From contig NC_135830.1 of assembly GCF_964213995.1 (NCBI RefSeq), positions 13,950,001-14,014,000 of the forward strand: a stretch of 64,000 nt of DNA, given 5' to 3'. Below are positions 1 through 11,347 of the stretch, piece after piece; within the stretch, counting starts at the first letter, position 1, and each line of letters opens with the position of its first letter. The notes beneath the pieces are model-generated. The model searched no databases. It was not told where the DNA came from and worked only from the letters and a program-made list of their open reading frames with translations. Origin of the DNA: Mustelus asterias (lineage: Eukaryota). The translations under genes and the position numbers were made by a program.

Positions 1-79
1 TTATCCCATTCAGAAAGCCCATATCAGAAGAGACAACTCTTGGTTTGAGCTTGTGTGTAAATCCTCCCTTTCTAACCCC
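1..79 (-). other. 5' start of the coding exon of a ZNF gene continuing left of the window (ZNF-0)
   Basis: Minus strand reads TTAAACAG|GGGGTTAGAAAGGGAGGATTTACACACAAGCTCAAACCAAG, matching the acceptor and exon-start motif of other ZNF exons here (e.g. 26264, 28602). Confidence 0.55.
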
Positions 80-159
80 CTGTTTAAGAAAAAGTGTCCA
101 AAATCCATCACGATAGAAAATCGCAATATTATCTCAGGTACAAGTAATTCAGAAAGCTA

Positions 160-1204
160 TTATTTATTATGAGGGGAATTGAGTAAAAGCAGTGAAGTTA
201 TGTTTCAGTTGCACAGGGCATTGGTTAGACATATCTGGAGCAGTGTGTACATTATCGGTTTCCTTATTTAAGGAAAAATATGAGTGCATATTATTCTTTA
301 ACTGCTTTATGAGAAGCAGTTCATAGTAGGTTTAGTAGACTAACACCTGGAATAGGTGGATTGTCTGATGAGGAGCAGTGAGACAGTCTCTGCTCGAGTT
401 TAGCTTCTGCTCGACTTCAAAAGAGTAAGAGGCAACTTAATTTAAACCTTCAAGATTCTGAAAACTCTTGACAGGGTGGATATGGAGAGAAGGGTAAAAG
501 CAAATTACTGCGGATGCTGGAGTCTGAAACCAAAAGAGAAAATGCTGGAAAATCTCAGCAGGTCTGGTAGCATCTGTGGGGGAGAGAAAAGAGCTGAAGC
601 TTCGAGTCCAGATGACCTTTTGTCAAAGCATAAAAAAGGCATAGAAAGTGGGAGATGTTTACACTGTGAGGGAATGAAAGATGGGTCCAAGCCACAGGAA
701 CCAGGGGAAAGGATGCTAATGGCAGTCCATAGAGAGAATAGAAAGCGTGAATGGCCAAACAGCAGAGAAGCTGAAGAAGTTGTGATGGATGAAGATGGGG
801 GGGGGGGGGGGGGGGTGGATTGGAGGGAGGCAAAATTGAGAAAAAGGGGGAAAGGGGAAGCAAAGGGGGAGAAAAGGTGCTGCCTGACCTGCTGAGACTT
901 TCCAGCATTTTCTCTTTTGGATCTGGAGAGGATGTTTACTCTCAGGGGAGAATCGAGGGAGTCGCTGTTTTAAAAAACAGCATTGCCCATTGAAAACAGA
1001 GATGAGAAGTTTTTCTCTCAGAGGGTCATGAATCTTTGAATTCACGTTCTTCAAAAGTGGAAGTAGAGTCTGATTTCAATTAGATAAATCTCTTGGGGCG
1101 ACAGGGATCAGGGTATTGAATTTGATAATCAGCCATGACAATAATGAATGGCGGCGCATGCTCGAAGGGCCGAACGGCCGACTCCCAGCTTCTATTTTCT
1201 GTGT
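160..1204 (+). mobile_element. CR1 LINE 3' fragment (degenerate), interrupted by a Penelope pLTR insertion
   Basis: CR1 RT C-terminal DNA motifs (cagggcattggttagac, cagccatga...tgaatggcggcgcatgctcgaagggcc) and a short repeat tail. Confidence 0.8.
496..920. mobile_element. Non-autonomous Penelope-like element (family B pLTR with inverted partial copy)
   Basis: aaaatgctggaaaatctcagcaggtc near 540 is inverted at ~886-918; approximate TSD tggata/ctggagag at ~477-490 and ~918-930; the same repeat is joined to a GIY-YIG C-terminus at 5906-6530. Confidence 0.65.
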
Positions 1205-1218
1205 ATGTTTCTATGTAA

Positions 1219-1334
1219 GAAGTCTCACCAGGTTTACTTGGTAGCAAATACAAAATAAACCTGTTGGACTTTAACCTGGTGCTGTGAGACTTCTTACTGT
1301 GTTCACCCGAGTCCAACGCCGGCATCTCCACATC
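1219..1334. mobile_element. Mini hairpin Penelope (family A pLTR) with 14-bp TSD
   Basis: Inverted and direct pLTR ends identical in type to 41470-41658; TSD atgtttctatgtaa at 1205-1218 and 1335-1348. Confidence 0.85.
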
Positions 1335-1559
1335 ATGTTTCTATGTAAACATGAGGAGCCTGGGGCTGAAGTGTAACCAAAAGCTGTGTAACCGCTTTAG
1401 GTAACTATACAGGGATTGCAACCTCTCACACTGAATATGTACATGGCCCATGGACTCATCGAGGCTGCAAACAGCAGCTGCAGCCTGGGTGGGTGAAGCT
1501 GTTGAGAAACCTATTGCTCATTGTGCTATAAAACCGGGAGCTAGGACCTGGAGGGGAAG

Positions 1560-2750
1560 CAGAAACGTGAAGCCCCGCCCACTCGCTGTTGCGTCACCAA
1601 GACACCGCGCATGCGCTCTCCTCCCTGCTGAATCAAGATGGCGGCCGTTAACCTGAGCCTCGGCTCGGGAAAAAGACCGGAAGCTGCAAACACAGACCGA
1701 CGGGCTCATTTTCGAGATTTGAGGCCTTGACCAGGTATTTAGGAACCCTCTACGTCCATCCGCCGGTTCCATTACTCCCTCTATGTTTCCGCATCCTTAC
1801 CGGCTGCTGATGAGACAGAGGAACTTCGCTCCGATTGCTATCACCCACACTGTGCGTGCTGCAAACGCCGTTGCTTAATGCGCATGCTCCAGACTGTAAC
1901 ATTACTGCGCATGCGAACTACTTCCCGTGCGTTGTATGGGGACGCCTCAGCCCCGCCCCTCATTCACTCCGATTGGCTGGAGGACCAGCCGCTCCTGTTG
2001 GGTCCTCCAGACCCGCCCCTCATTCACTCCGATTGGATGGAGGACCAGCCTCTCTTGCTTGATCCTCCAGCCCCGCCCCCGCTTCCTATTGGTCCGAAGC
2101 AGCCGTCAATCTGTCCCCGGGGCATTGTGATGTGGAGCATGCGCAGTGTCATTGCTGTCCTTGGCGCTTGTTTGTCCCGGAGAAGCGGAGTCAGCGTTAG
2201 GCGGTGGCTGGGAGGATTTGGAAACACTTTGTGGATCCGCAAACCCTTCAGAATCATTGTCAGCTCCCTGGTTTGCAGCTGCGGGGCTTCTCCCTCCCTC
2301 CCTCCCTCCCTCCCTCCCGGGAACAGGCCCAGGTTAACGGCCCCATCCTGGCTCAGCCACCGTCTTTTACCAGGACCTCCTCACTGTCTGGAACAAGGTC
2401 GCCTTGCGACGCAGCTCTCCCCCGTCAGGAGTAGCAGCTCTCGTGCGAGAGCCGCTGCTCAGGAATCCGCTCCTCCAGCCGTATGACTTCAGGTGGCTGG
2501 CAGAGAGGAGGGCTGTGGACGCCGGGGTGACCTGAATTGGGGACGTGCTCGATGGCGGAGGGGCGGGCTGGATGAGTCCCCGTGTGCTGGCTGAGCCCCG
2601 CCCACCCCCACGTGGGCTCGGGTTCCGCCCCCTCATTGTCCACATGCGGCAGATTGACCAATGGCAACGCCTGGAGGACCGGATGAACGCTGGTCCTCCA
2701 GCCAATCAGAGTCCGGGCCCTGTGTCAATGGCCGCGCGGAGTTTCCTGTG
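1560..2750. promoter_or_regulatory. CpG-rich bidirectional promoter / first exons of ZNF pair 1
   Basis: CpG-dense; YY1 motif caagatggcggc (~1634), NRF1-like gcgcatgcgc (1607, 1907), repeated GC boxes and CCAAT boxes; minus-strand donor G|GTAAGG at 1800. Confidence 0.75.
1945..2100 (+). repeat. 60-bp tandem repeat (about 2.5 copies) carrying a GC box and inverted CCAAT
   Basis: cccgcccctcattcactccgattgg recurs at exactly 60-bp spacing (1952, 2012, partial 2072). Confidence 0.9.
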
Positions 2751-2764
2751 GATATGAATGTGGG

Positions 2765-3995
2765 GGTTCGATCAGTGAGTTTGCTGATGGTCCAAAAATT
2801 GGTGATGTGGTAAATAGCGAGGAGGAAAACCTTAGATTACAGGATGATGTGGACGAGCAGGTTCGGTGGGCAGAACAGTGGCAAATGTGATTTAACCCTG
2901 AAATGTCTGAGGTGATGCATTTTGGAAGGACTAACAAGGCAAAGGAACTCGGCCTTTTGGCTGAGATCGGGTGTAGTGTGGTCGGCAGCCCATGGTCGGC
3001 CGCACTTGGTCGGGGTCATTGGGTTGCGCTGGGGCTTCATGTGTTTCATATGAAGCAATTTTTAAAAGCGTCATCTCGGCCTTTTGGCTGAGGTGCAGAT
3101 GGGTTCAAGTCTTGGAGGAGGAGCCTCCCCCTTCTCCAATCAGCTTGGCTCATGTGGATCGGGCCCGGGACAGGGTGGTTTGGTCGCTCGCCCTGTCTTG
3201 TCGGCCTGGATCTGGGGTGTCTCAACTTGTTGGGACTCTGAATTGGATTTGATTTGATTGAATTGGAAAAGTATTAAAAAAAAGGAACAGATAATGAACA
3301 ATAGGACGCCAGGAAGTACAGAAGACCAGAGGGACCTTGGGGTGCATGTCCATTGGACCCCGAAGACAGCAGGACAGATTGATGAACTGGTTAAGAAGGG
3401 ATATGGGATACTTGTCTTTTTTAGCCAAGGCATCAAATATTTCAGCAGGCAGGTTATGATTGAGTGTATAAAATGCTGGAGTACTGTTTGCAGTTCGGGT
3501 CGCCACACTTTAGGAAGGATGTGATTGCACTGGAGAAGGTGCAGAGGAGATTCACCAGGATGTTGCCTGGGCTGGAACGTGTCAGTCATGAAGAGAGGCT
3601 GGTTAGGCTCGAATTGGTCTCCCTAAAGCAGAGAAGGCTGAGGGGGGGGCCTGATTGAGATGTACAAAAATATGATCCCTCAGTCCACTGACCTTTAGTA
3701 GCTGGGTCAATATCCAGGGACATAGATTTAAGTGAGGGGCAGGAAATTTAGAGGGGATTTGAGGGAAAAGATTTTCACCCAGAGGGTGGTGGGAATCTGG
3801 AACTCACTGCCTGAAAGGGTGAGAGAGGTGGGAACGCTCAACATTAAGAAGCATTTAGATAAGTACTTGAAGTGCCATAACATATAAGGCTGCTACTGAC
3901 CAAGTGGTGAAAGGTGGGATTAGAACAGATTGGTGCTTGAGAGCTAGCACAAATACGATGGGTCAAAGGGCCTCTTGCTGTGCTTTAAAACTCTG
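2765..3995 (+). mobile_element. CR1 LINE 3' fragment hosting the U2-headed insertion
   Basis: FADG/D, EVMHFG, RDLGVHVH, LEYCLQFGSPH and LEKVQRRFTRMLPGL motifs in fragmented frames. Confidence 0.9.
2948..3280 (+). mobile_element. U2-snRNA-headed short retroposon (dimeric, A-tailed, 7-bp TSD)
   Basis: U2 nt 8-39 match at 2948-2979 (28/32); second U2 nt 7-27 match at 3074-3094; A-rich tail; TSD aaaggaa at 2941-2947 and 3281-3287, and removing the insert restores contiguous CR1 sequence. Confidence 0.8.
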
Positions 3996-4798
3996 AGGAC
4001 AGAATTATGACAGTGTGGTTATGTGATAAATATTGGATGGATCTATAATAAAGTACATTTATTATTATTTCTTGTCTTGTAATGTAGTACTGTAGCTACG
4101 TTATATATTTCTAGTCAGAGTCATTACAGCAGAGGAGGAGTCCATTGGACAATTCGAGGCCCTGCTGACTCTCTGTCGAGCAATTCTGTCAGTCTGGAGA
4201 GGGTCCCATTCTGTACTCCTGCAGCACCCATCCAATCTCATTGAGAAATTACTGATCATCTCTGCTTGACTACCCTCACAGGCAGCAAGTTCAGGAGCAT
4301 GACTAATCACTACCCCCATATCTTAACCAACTTACAGATTTAGGGGAATGAGTGGGGAAAGAATGTTCTATCGAAACTAGAATTATCTGTTCTGAATTTT
4401 GATCCCGTAGTGACTCTGATGTCTGCTGCAAACTCCTTTTATAGGATATCAGAAGGTTAGGATCCATTGACAGAATCCCAAACCATATGCCACGTCAAGA
4501 TTTGACAGTCGCTCAATTCATCTGGACCTGAATACCATCGGCCTTTGCATCTAGAAGGAGAAATGTTTCTCTGTTCTGTCTGCTTCAGAAGGCGTTAAAC
4601 GTCAGTGTGACTGGAAATGCACCAACGCACACACACCCGAGTGAGAGTGTTCCAGTGCACTGACTGTGGAAAGAGCTTTAACCAGTTATATAGCCTGAAA
4701 ATACATCACAGCATTCACAGTGGGCAGAGACTGTACCTGTGTTCTGTGTGAGGTTTAACTGATTGTTTAACCTGGAGAGTCACAAGGACACCCGCACC

Positions 4799-5641
4799 AT
4801 GGAGAAACCGTGGAAATGTGGGGACTGTGGGAAGGGATTCAGATTCCCATCTCGGCTGGAAATTCATCGACGTATTCACACTGAGGAGTGGCCATTCACC
4901 TGCTCTGTGTGTGGCATGGGATTCACTTATTTCTCCAAGTTGTTGAACCACAAAGTCACTCTCACCAATGAGAGACCCTTTAAATGCTCCGACTGTGGGA
5001 GCAGCTTCAAAAGGTCGCAGGAACTGCTGAGACACGAGCGAATTCACACTGAGGAGAAACCGTTCAGCTGCTCTCAATGCTCAAAGAGATTTAGATCAAC
5101 ATCCAACCTGCAGGAACACCAGCGAGTTCACACCAGTGAGAGACCCTTTAAATGCTCCGACTGTGGGAGTGAATTCAAAAGGTCTCAGGATCTGAGGGAC
5201 CACCAGCACATTCACACCGAGGAGAGGCCGTTCAGCTGCTCTCACTGCACAAAGAGGTTTAGAACATCATCCCACCTGCAGAGACACCAGCGAATTCACA
5301 CTGGGGAGAAACCATTCACCTGCTCTGTGTGTGGGAAGGGATTCACTGATTCATTCAACCTGCGGGAACACCAGCGAACTCACATTGGGGAGAGGCCATT
5401 TATCTGCTGTGTGTGTGGAAAGGGATTCACCCGGGCATCCAGCCTGCTGACACACCAGCGGGTTCACACTGGGGAGGGGCTGTTTACCTGCTCTCACTGT
5501 GGGAAGGGATTCACTCAGTTATCCAGACTGCAGGTACACGTTCGAGTTCACACTGGGGAGAGACCATTCACCTGCTCTGTATGTGGAAAGGGATTCACTC
5601 AGTCAACATCCCTGCAGAGACACCAGCGAGTTCACAAGTGA
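4799..5641 (+). CDS. C2H2 zinc-finger protein ZNF-1 (10 fingers, one degenerate; no KRAB seen)
   Basis: ORF 4763..5641, first ATG 4799 (MEKPWKC); tandem CxxC...HxxxH with TGE(K/R)PF linkers; splice acceptor at 4443-4444. Confidence 0.85.
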   Translation: MEKPWKCGDCGKGFRFPSRLEIHRRIHTEEWPFTCSVCGMGFTYFSKLLNHKVTLTNERPFKCSDCGSSFKRSQELLRHERIHTEEKPFSCSQCSKRFRSTSNLQEHQRVHTSERPFKCSDCGSEFKRSQDLRDHQHIHTEERPFSCSHCTKRFRTSSHLQRHQRIHTGEKPFTCSVCGKGFTDSFNLREHQRTHIGERPFICCVCGKGFTRASSLLTHQRVHTGEGLFTCSHCGKGFTQLSRLQVHVRVHTGERPFTCSVCGKGFTQSTSLQRHQRVHK

Positions 5642-5905
5642 TGACAGGAGTTGGATTCTGCTGTTATTGTTGCTGTTAACCACATCCAGGACTGAACCAT
5701 GTTCATTCTGACACTTGGTGAAGTGGGAGGGTCGGAGGGTTTCTTTCTGCTGGACTGGCCGGTCTCACAACTTTGCTTCCAATGGGCTGATGCTCTTTGA
5801 GCCTGGGAGAGCACATTTCCACTGAAATGATCCACAAAAGCTGATGGAGGACATTTATTTTATCCTGGATAGTAAATAGTGTTTTTCCTACCACTACAGG
5901 TAGAT

Positions 5906-6530
5906 CAAAAATAAATACAGAAAGAACTGAAAAAACACAGCAGGTCTGGCAGCATCTGTGGAGAGAGAAACAGAGATAATGTTTCACGTCCAATGAAACT
6001 CTACTTCAGAACTAAAGAGAGGGAGAAATGTGATGGGTTTGATGCTGCTGAGAAAGGGGGGAGGGGCAGGGAGAACAAAAGGGAAAGTCAGGAATTGGTT
6101 AGGGGGTGGGTGAGATTAAATGACAAAAATATCCCGGAACCCAAGGCAAAGGGAGGGGTAATGTTTGTGGTAAAGAAACAAAGCATTGGTCCACAGTAAG
6201 TGTTAATGGCAGAATAAAGGACAGCTCTGTCTGGAAGCAAAAAACATGAAAACAAGGTGTAGACTGGCACTCGGCAAAACAAAACAAATCGAAATGTAGG
6301 AGAGAGTTCAGGGTGTGAAGTTGTTGACCTAAATGTTGAATCCAGAAGGCTGTAAAGTGCCTCATCGGAAGATGAGGGGCTGTTCGTCCAGCTTGTGTTG
6401 GGCTTCTCCGGAACATTGCAGCAGGCCGAGGACAGAAATGTGAGTGTGAGAGCAAGGTGGTGAATTCTAATGGCAAGCGAGCGGAAGGTCAGGGTGATGC
6501 TTGTGGGCTGAGCGGAGGTGTTCCACAAAG
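5906..6530 (-). mobile_element. Penelope-like element family B, 3' end (GIY-YIG C-terminus plus pLTR)
   Basis: Minus strand reads VEHLRSAHKHHPDLPLACH*NSPPCSH...LQCSGEAQHKLDEQPLIFR*GTLQPSGFNI, the typical PLE endonuclease tail. Confidence 0.75.
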
Positions 6531-7886
6531 AGGGCAGGGAACAGGCTACAGATGAATTAAAGAGAAACCATTTGTGTCCAGAACATTGTGAACATCCTTT
6601 TACTCTGGTTGTCTTTGATCCTCAAGTCATTTTCTGTTTGTTTTAACCATGTTCTGTTTCATTAATAAACTTTTATCAGTAAAAATATTTGATTTTTCTG
6701 GACTTTTCCTGATGAGATTGATGCACTTTAGGGAAAGTGGGTGAGAGGGGTTGGCAGGCTCTTTAACAGAAAGTCATCCCTCTAAGGAATTGGCAAAGGA
6801 GCCAGAGGGGGAGATGAGATTTTATTTTTTGACACTGAGTTGTTCTGATCTGCCTGAAAGCAGATTCAATAGTTTACCTCCAAAGGGTAAAGACTTGAGT
6901 GGGAAGAATTTGGGGAAAAAACAGTGCAGTTGGATGAATCAGAGAGTTCTTTCAAAGAGATAACAGGAGGACGATGGGCTGAATGGAGTCCTCCTGTAGC
7001 CTGTCAATCTCATCCTCCAGCTTTTGTGCGTGTTAAAAGGGGCAGATTTCATTGCAGCCTCTTCCCTGTATATGTATTTAAAGAGACGAGTTTCTCTTTA
7101 GCTCTGAGTGACCGATATAACAATTGGTTGGAGGCCCATTTCTCACTCAGTCCTCCAGCACCTTCCTGTCTCTCGATTACTGCAACATACATTGCAGTTT
7201 TCCAACTGGGCCGCAGGCCTCATTATTCTCAGCTAAATTCAGCCCTCAGCTCCGTCGCCTGGCTGTCATTGACAAGAGCAATAGAGAGACAGAAAGGTGC
7301 CCCAGGCTCAAATGGGAAGTCAAAACACAGGGCTTTGAATGAATTATTAGGATCTCTGTAATGATCAATAATTTAGAGAAATGAATTCTAAACTCAATGA
7401 GTAAATCAAAGAATCACATGACAAAACTTCAAGTTTTATGACTTCTCCTCCAACAAACTGGAAGCAACAATGACTAAACACTTTTTTGTCGGGAACATAA
7501 CCCTTAAACTGTAAAATTGAACTTTGCCCTTTTACTCTTAACACCATCAAATGTCGCACTCAATGGGTATATTTTATTCCATCTTGGAATGTTCACACTC
7601 AATTCTCCAAGAATGAGCCCAAAGTGATTCTTTACTCCCCAAGAGTTTATTTCCATTGTTTTCCTTTTCCAATCTGGCAACCTTTTAATCCCAGAACTGT
7701 CCTTCACAGTGATGGTTCTCCTGGACATTTTCCCACGAACACAAGCAAGGTGAATCTTCCAGCCTTGTTTCACAATTCTCAGAAATTTGTGACCAACATT
7801 CGACATTGGAGCAGAAGTTGGCCATTTGGCCCTTTGAGTCTGCTCCACCGTTTATTTACATCATGGCTGATCTGTTTGTGTTGCGT

Positions 7887-8477
7887 TGTGGGAAATTTAC
7901 CACTTCGGAGTCAGACTTGGAGGTTCAACAAAACAGTTTTATTTCGGACAAAGCTTTGGGAGAAAGCATTGGTACTCCGCAGTACTTGGCAGCGACCTTC
8001 TCAACTACACAATGGTAGTTGAGCATCTTTATACCTTTTAGACAATAGATAGTACAGACATTAGCCGTTAACACATCGTTACAAGTTGAGTAGGCAGATA
8101 CGGACATCGACAATTAACACATCGTTCCAAGCAGACAGGTACGGACATGGACAGTTAACACATCATTATACATAGAATGGATACATTTATGCAGTTATGT
8201 CCTCTATCAATGACTGGTTTCGATATATACATTTATGTATTCATGTCTCCATCAGTGGCGGATTTTATCAAGCTCATTGTTCTGGGTCTGCTCTTATCTC
8301 AAGTCTTAAAGTGCCCCAGGTCTGACCAGCTTCCTGCAGCAATTCAGATACTGCAGGTTTTAACTCTTTGTGTAACTGTCTGTGCCCAAAGCCAGTGCCT
8401 TTTAATGTCCCTTCCCAGAGTCCATTTTGTGTGCCAGGTAACCATTTTGTGTCCATCATTTTAATTTCACCATAACA
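7887..8477 (-). mobile_element. Solo-LTR-like element, TGT...ACA ends, 7-bp flanking direct repeat
   Basis: gttgcgt at 7880-7886 and 8478-8484; minus-strand AATAAA (~7940) and TATA-like (~8030); splits a CR1-type 3' tail. Confidence 0.6.
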
Positions 8478-9764
8478 GTTGCGTTCCACATTCTCGTTCC
8501 ACACCCGATATTTTTGATGCCCTTATCCAACAACAGTTGGTATAAAGGCAAAATTCTGCTGTTGTTGGAATCTGAAACAAAAACAGAAAATGCTGGACAA
8601 TCTCAGCAAGTCTGATATCATCTGTAAAGAGAGAATAGACACAACATTTTGAGTCAGGATGACTTTTTGTCAGAGGTGAAGACAAGGAAAATTGGACAAA
8701 ATTTATCCTGTGAGGGTCAAGAATTGGGAAGCAATCTATTAAACCTCCTCTGAACCACTCTCAATGCATTTGTATCATTTCTTAAATAGGAGACAAAACT
8801 GCAGCCCCTATTCAAGATGCAGTTTCAGCAACGCCCTGTATAACTGAAGCAGAACATCTTTACTTCTCTGTTCAATTTCTCTCGTAATAAAGGATTGCAT
8901 TCCATTTGTAAGAACTTTGATTTATTTGAACTAAGATTTATGGGGGTTCTCTTGTTTACAAAAACCTCCCTCATCGTAAATCACACCAGGTTCCAGTGTC
9001 TCAACCATGTGGCTAGACAGAACAATTTAAATGGTGAATTCAGAAAGTTAATTAACCATTAAAAATGTAACAAGTCAGAATGATAAAAGGCAAAGTATCG
9101 ATTAACAGTTAATAGAGAAAGCTTAACATTAACAATTGAACAGACTTCTCTCCATCCCTCTCAGACCAGGACATGAAGTGATGGCTCTGAAAACGTGGAT
9201 AACTTGTAAAACCAACAGCTCTCCACACCTCTCTGTAAACATCTCTCCCTCCACCTCTCTCTACCAAATTGCCTTCTCAAGACCACTTTTTTATACTTTA
9301 AAAATGTCAAAAGCCCATCTTAGCCAATTCCCATAAATCTTCAATTATAAACTAAAATAGACACGAGTTTTCAGATGATTTGAAAAGAAATGAACTGTCT
9401 GCTGAAAGGGTTAACTTTTCTACAGAACCTAAAGGGATGGGGAGTGAGCAGAAAAAAATTGGCACACAATAATCCCACTTTACACAAGTATAAAAATCAA
9501 AACAAACTCGATTGTAAACTTCAGCTCTTAATTTTTTTGTTATATTCCACAACCTAATTATTTTTATTTGATCAGTTTTTGTTAGGGATGGGTAACTTCT
9601 GTTCTTTATAAACTGGTTCACTCATTTTGTTGATTCTCCATGAACTCGGAGAATCAGAACCCAGACTTTATCATCCTTATCCTTTTTCTCCCTTTGCCAC
9701 CACTCCCTCTGTTTTGCGGGAGGGTCGTGGGGATTCCAATCAGAACTAATCATTTTATCATAAA

Positions 9765-9945
9765 AGTTAAATACTGCAGATTCTGGAATCTGAAACAAAA
9801 ACAGAAAATGCTGGAAAATGTCAGCAGGTCTGACAGCGTCTGTGGAGAGAGAATAGAGCCAATGTTTCAGATATGGATGACCCTTTACAAGAGCTGTTAT
9901 GAAGTGTCTTCCAGACTCGAAACGTTGGCTCTATTCTCTAATAAT
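9765..9945. mobile_element. Penelope family B pLTR hairpin
   Basis: gagaatagagccaatgtttc is inverted at gaaacgttggctctattctc; further family B copies at ~8550-8690, ~12895-13045 and ~22020-22160. Confidence 0.65.
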
Positions 9946-11347
9946 TTTATCGATAAGTTTCTTGTTCTTAGTTTCCAAATAGCAGGTAAGAGATCTGTCC
10001 AGTCCCCACTCAAGTTCTGATTTTTCACTGGCCATGCTTGGGTCAGTTTATAACCATTAGAATCTACTCTGAGGTCTGCTTTTCAGTCCAGTGCTATTTG
10101 GAGTATACCGTTACTTCACCGACTAACGGGTCACAAGTCCCTCAAAGTTCTTATCACAAATTTGGGATAAAATAATTTAAATAATGCCTGAGAACGCTTA
10201 TTAACTTCTTAACCAACTATCTGCCACTGTTTGTTGATTGGTCAGACCTCCTCTTCACAGATTCGGGTATCTCAGCCGCTGAACACCAGCCGGTCCTGGA
10301 ACAAGTTTAATTCTAACTCATTCTGAGTAAATATTCTCACCAGCTCCTCTGTCGGGGCCCTGCTAAGCAGCTTTAATGGTCCGTGATTGCAGTAACTGAG
10401 CAGTCACAGGAATGTGGTCAAGATAGTCCAGTCCCATAATGCCTCACATTCAATCTGCAGTCCTTCAATTATAACAGAATATGTGGCTGTCTGTAGCTGC
10501 CTCGGCCATGGTCAACCCCAACACTGCCTTCTTGAACTGTTATAATGCCTGAGGTGTAAGTACACCCACAGTGCTGTTAGGGAGCGATTTCCAGCTACAC
10601 ATTCCAGACTTTCACGAGACTGTAGGTGGATTCCAGATTGATATATTCCATTCAACCACACCCAAGGTGAGTTATTGCAATTTCTTTATTGTCCAGGATA
10701 ATATATTCACAATATCTTTAAAACAGAAATTAAACATTCCCATTTGATTTCAGGTATTAACATATTCTGTTAGTTTGTTCTTTATTGTCAATGTCAGGCT
10801 GGGGTTGTTCCCCTTGGAGCAAAGGAGGTTGAGGGGAGATTTGATCGAGGTGGACAAGATTCTGACAGGTTTAGATAAGGTGGACAAAGAAAAGCTGTTC
10901 CCATTAGCTGATGGGACAAGGACGAGGAGGACACAGATTTAAGGTTCTGGATCAGAGATGCAGGGGGGATGTGAGGAAGAATATTTTGATGCAGCGAATG
11001 GTAATGACCTGGAACTCGCTGCCTACGAGGGAGGAGGAAGTGGAGACAATAAACAATTACAAAGGAAATTGGATGGACATTTGTGGGGTTTCAAACAGAA
11101 ATGCTGACTAATTATCTCTTAACCTCCAAATAACCTGTCACTCTGTGATCCTTGTGAAATCTGAATCCAGGTATTCACAAAAGGCTCAAAGAGCATCGGC
11201 CCCCTGGACGAAAAGTCATGAGACCGGCCAGTCCAGCAGAAAGAAACCCTCTGACCCTCCCCATTGATCAACTGTGAGAATGAACAAAATGCAGTCCTGG
11301 ATGTAATTGAGAGCAGAAACAATCACAGCAGAATCCAACCCCTGGAA

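Noticed and set aside
797-815. Poly-G runs here and at ~45253-45274
   Set aside because: Simple homopolymers of unreliable length; no evidence of function.
1878-2486. 202-aa proline-rich ORF with repeats
   Set aside because: It reflects the GC-rich promoter and the in-frame 60-bp tandem repeat.
2948-2979. Functional U2 snRNA gene
   Set aside because: Only nt 8-39 are present, with no Sm site or 3' stems, and it lies inside a CR1 with a TSD.
7360-7800. Minus-strand coding-looking segment (ORFs 7365..7559 and 7504..7848)
   Set aside because: No recognisable motif, so no call could be supported.
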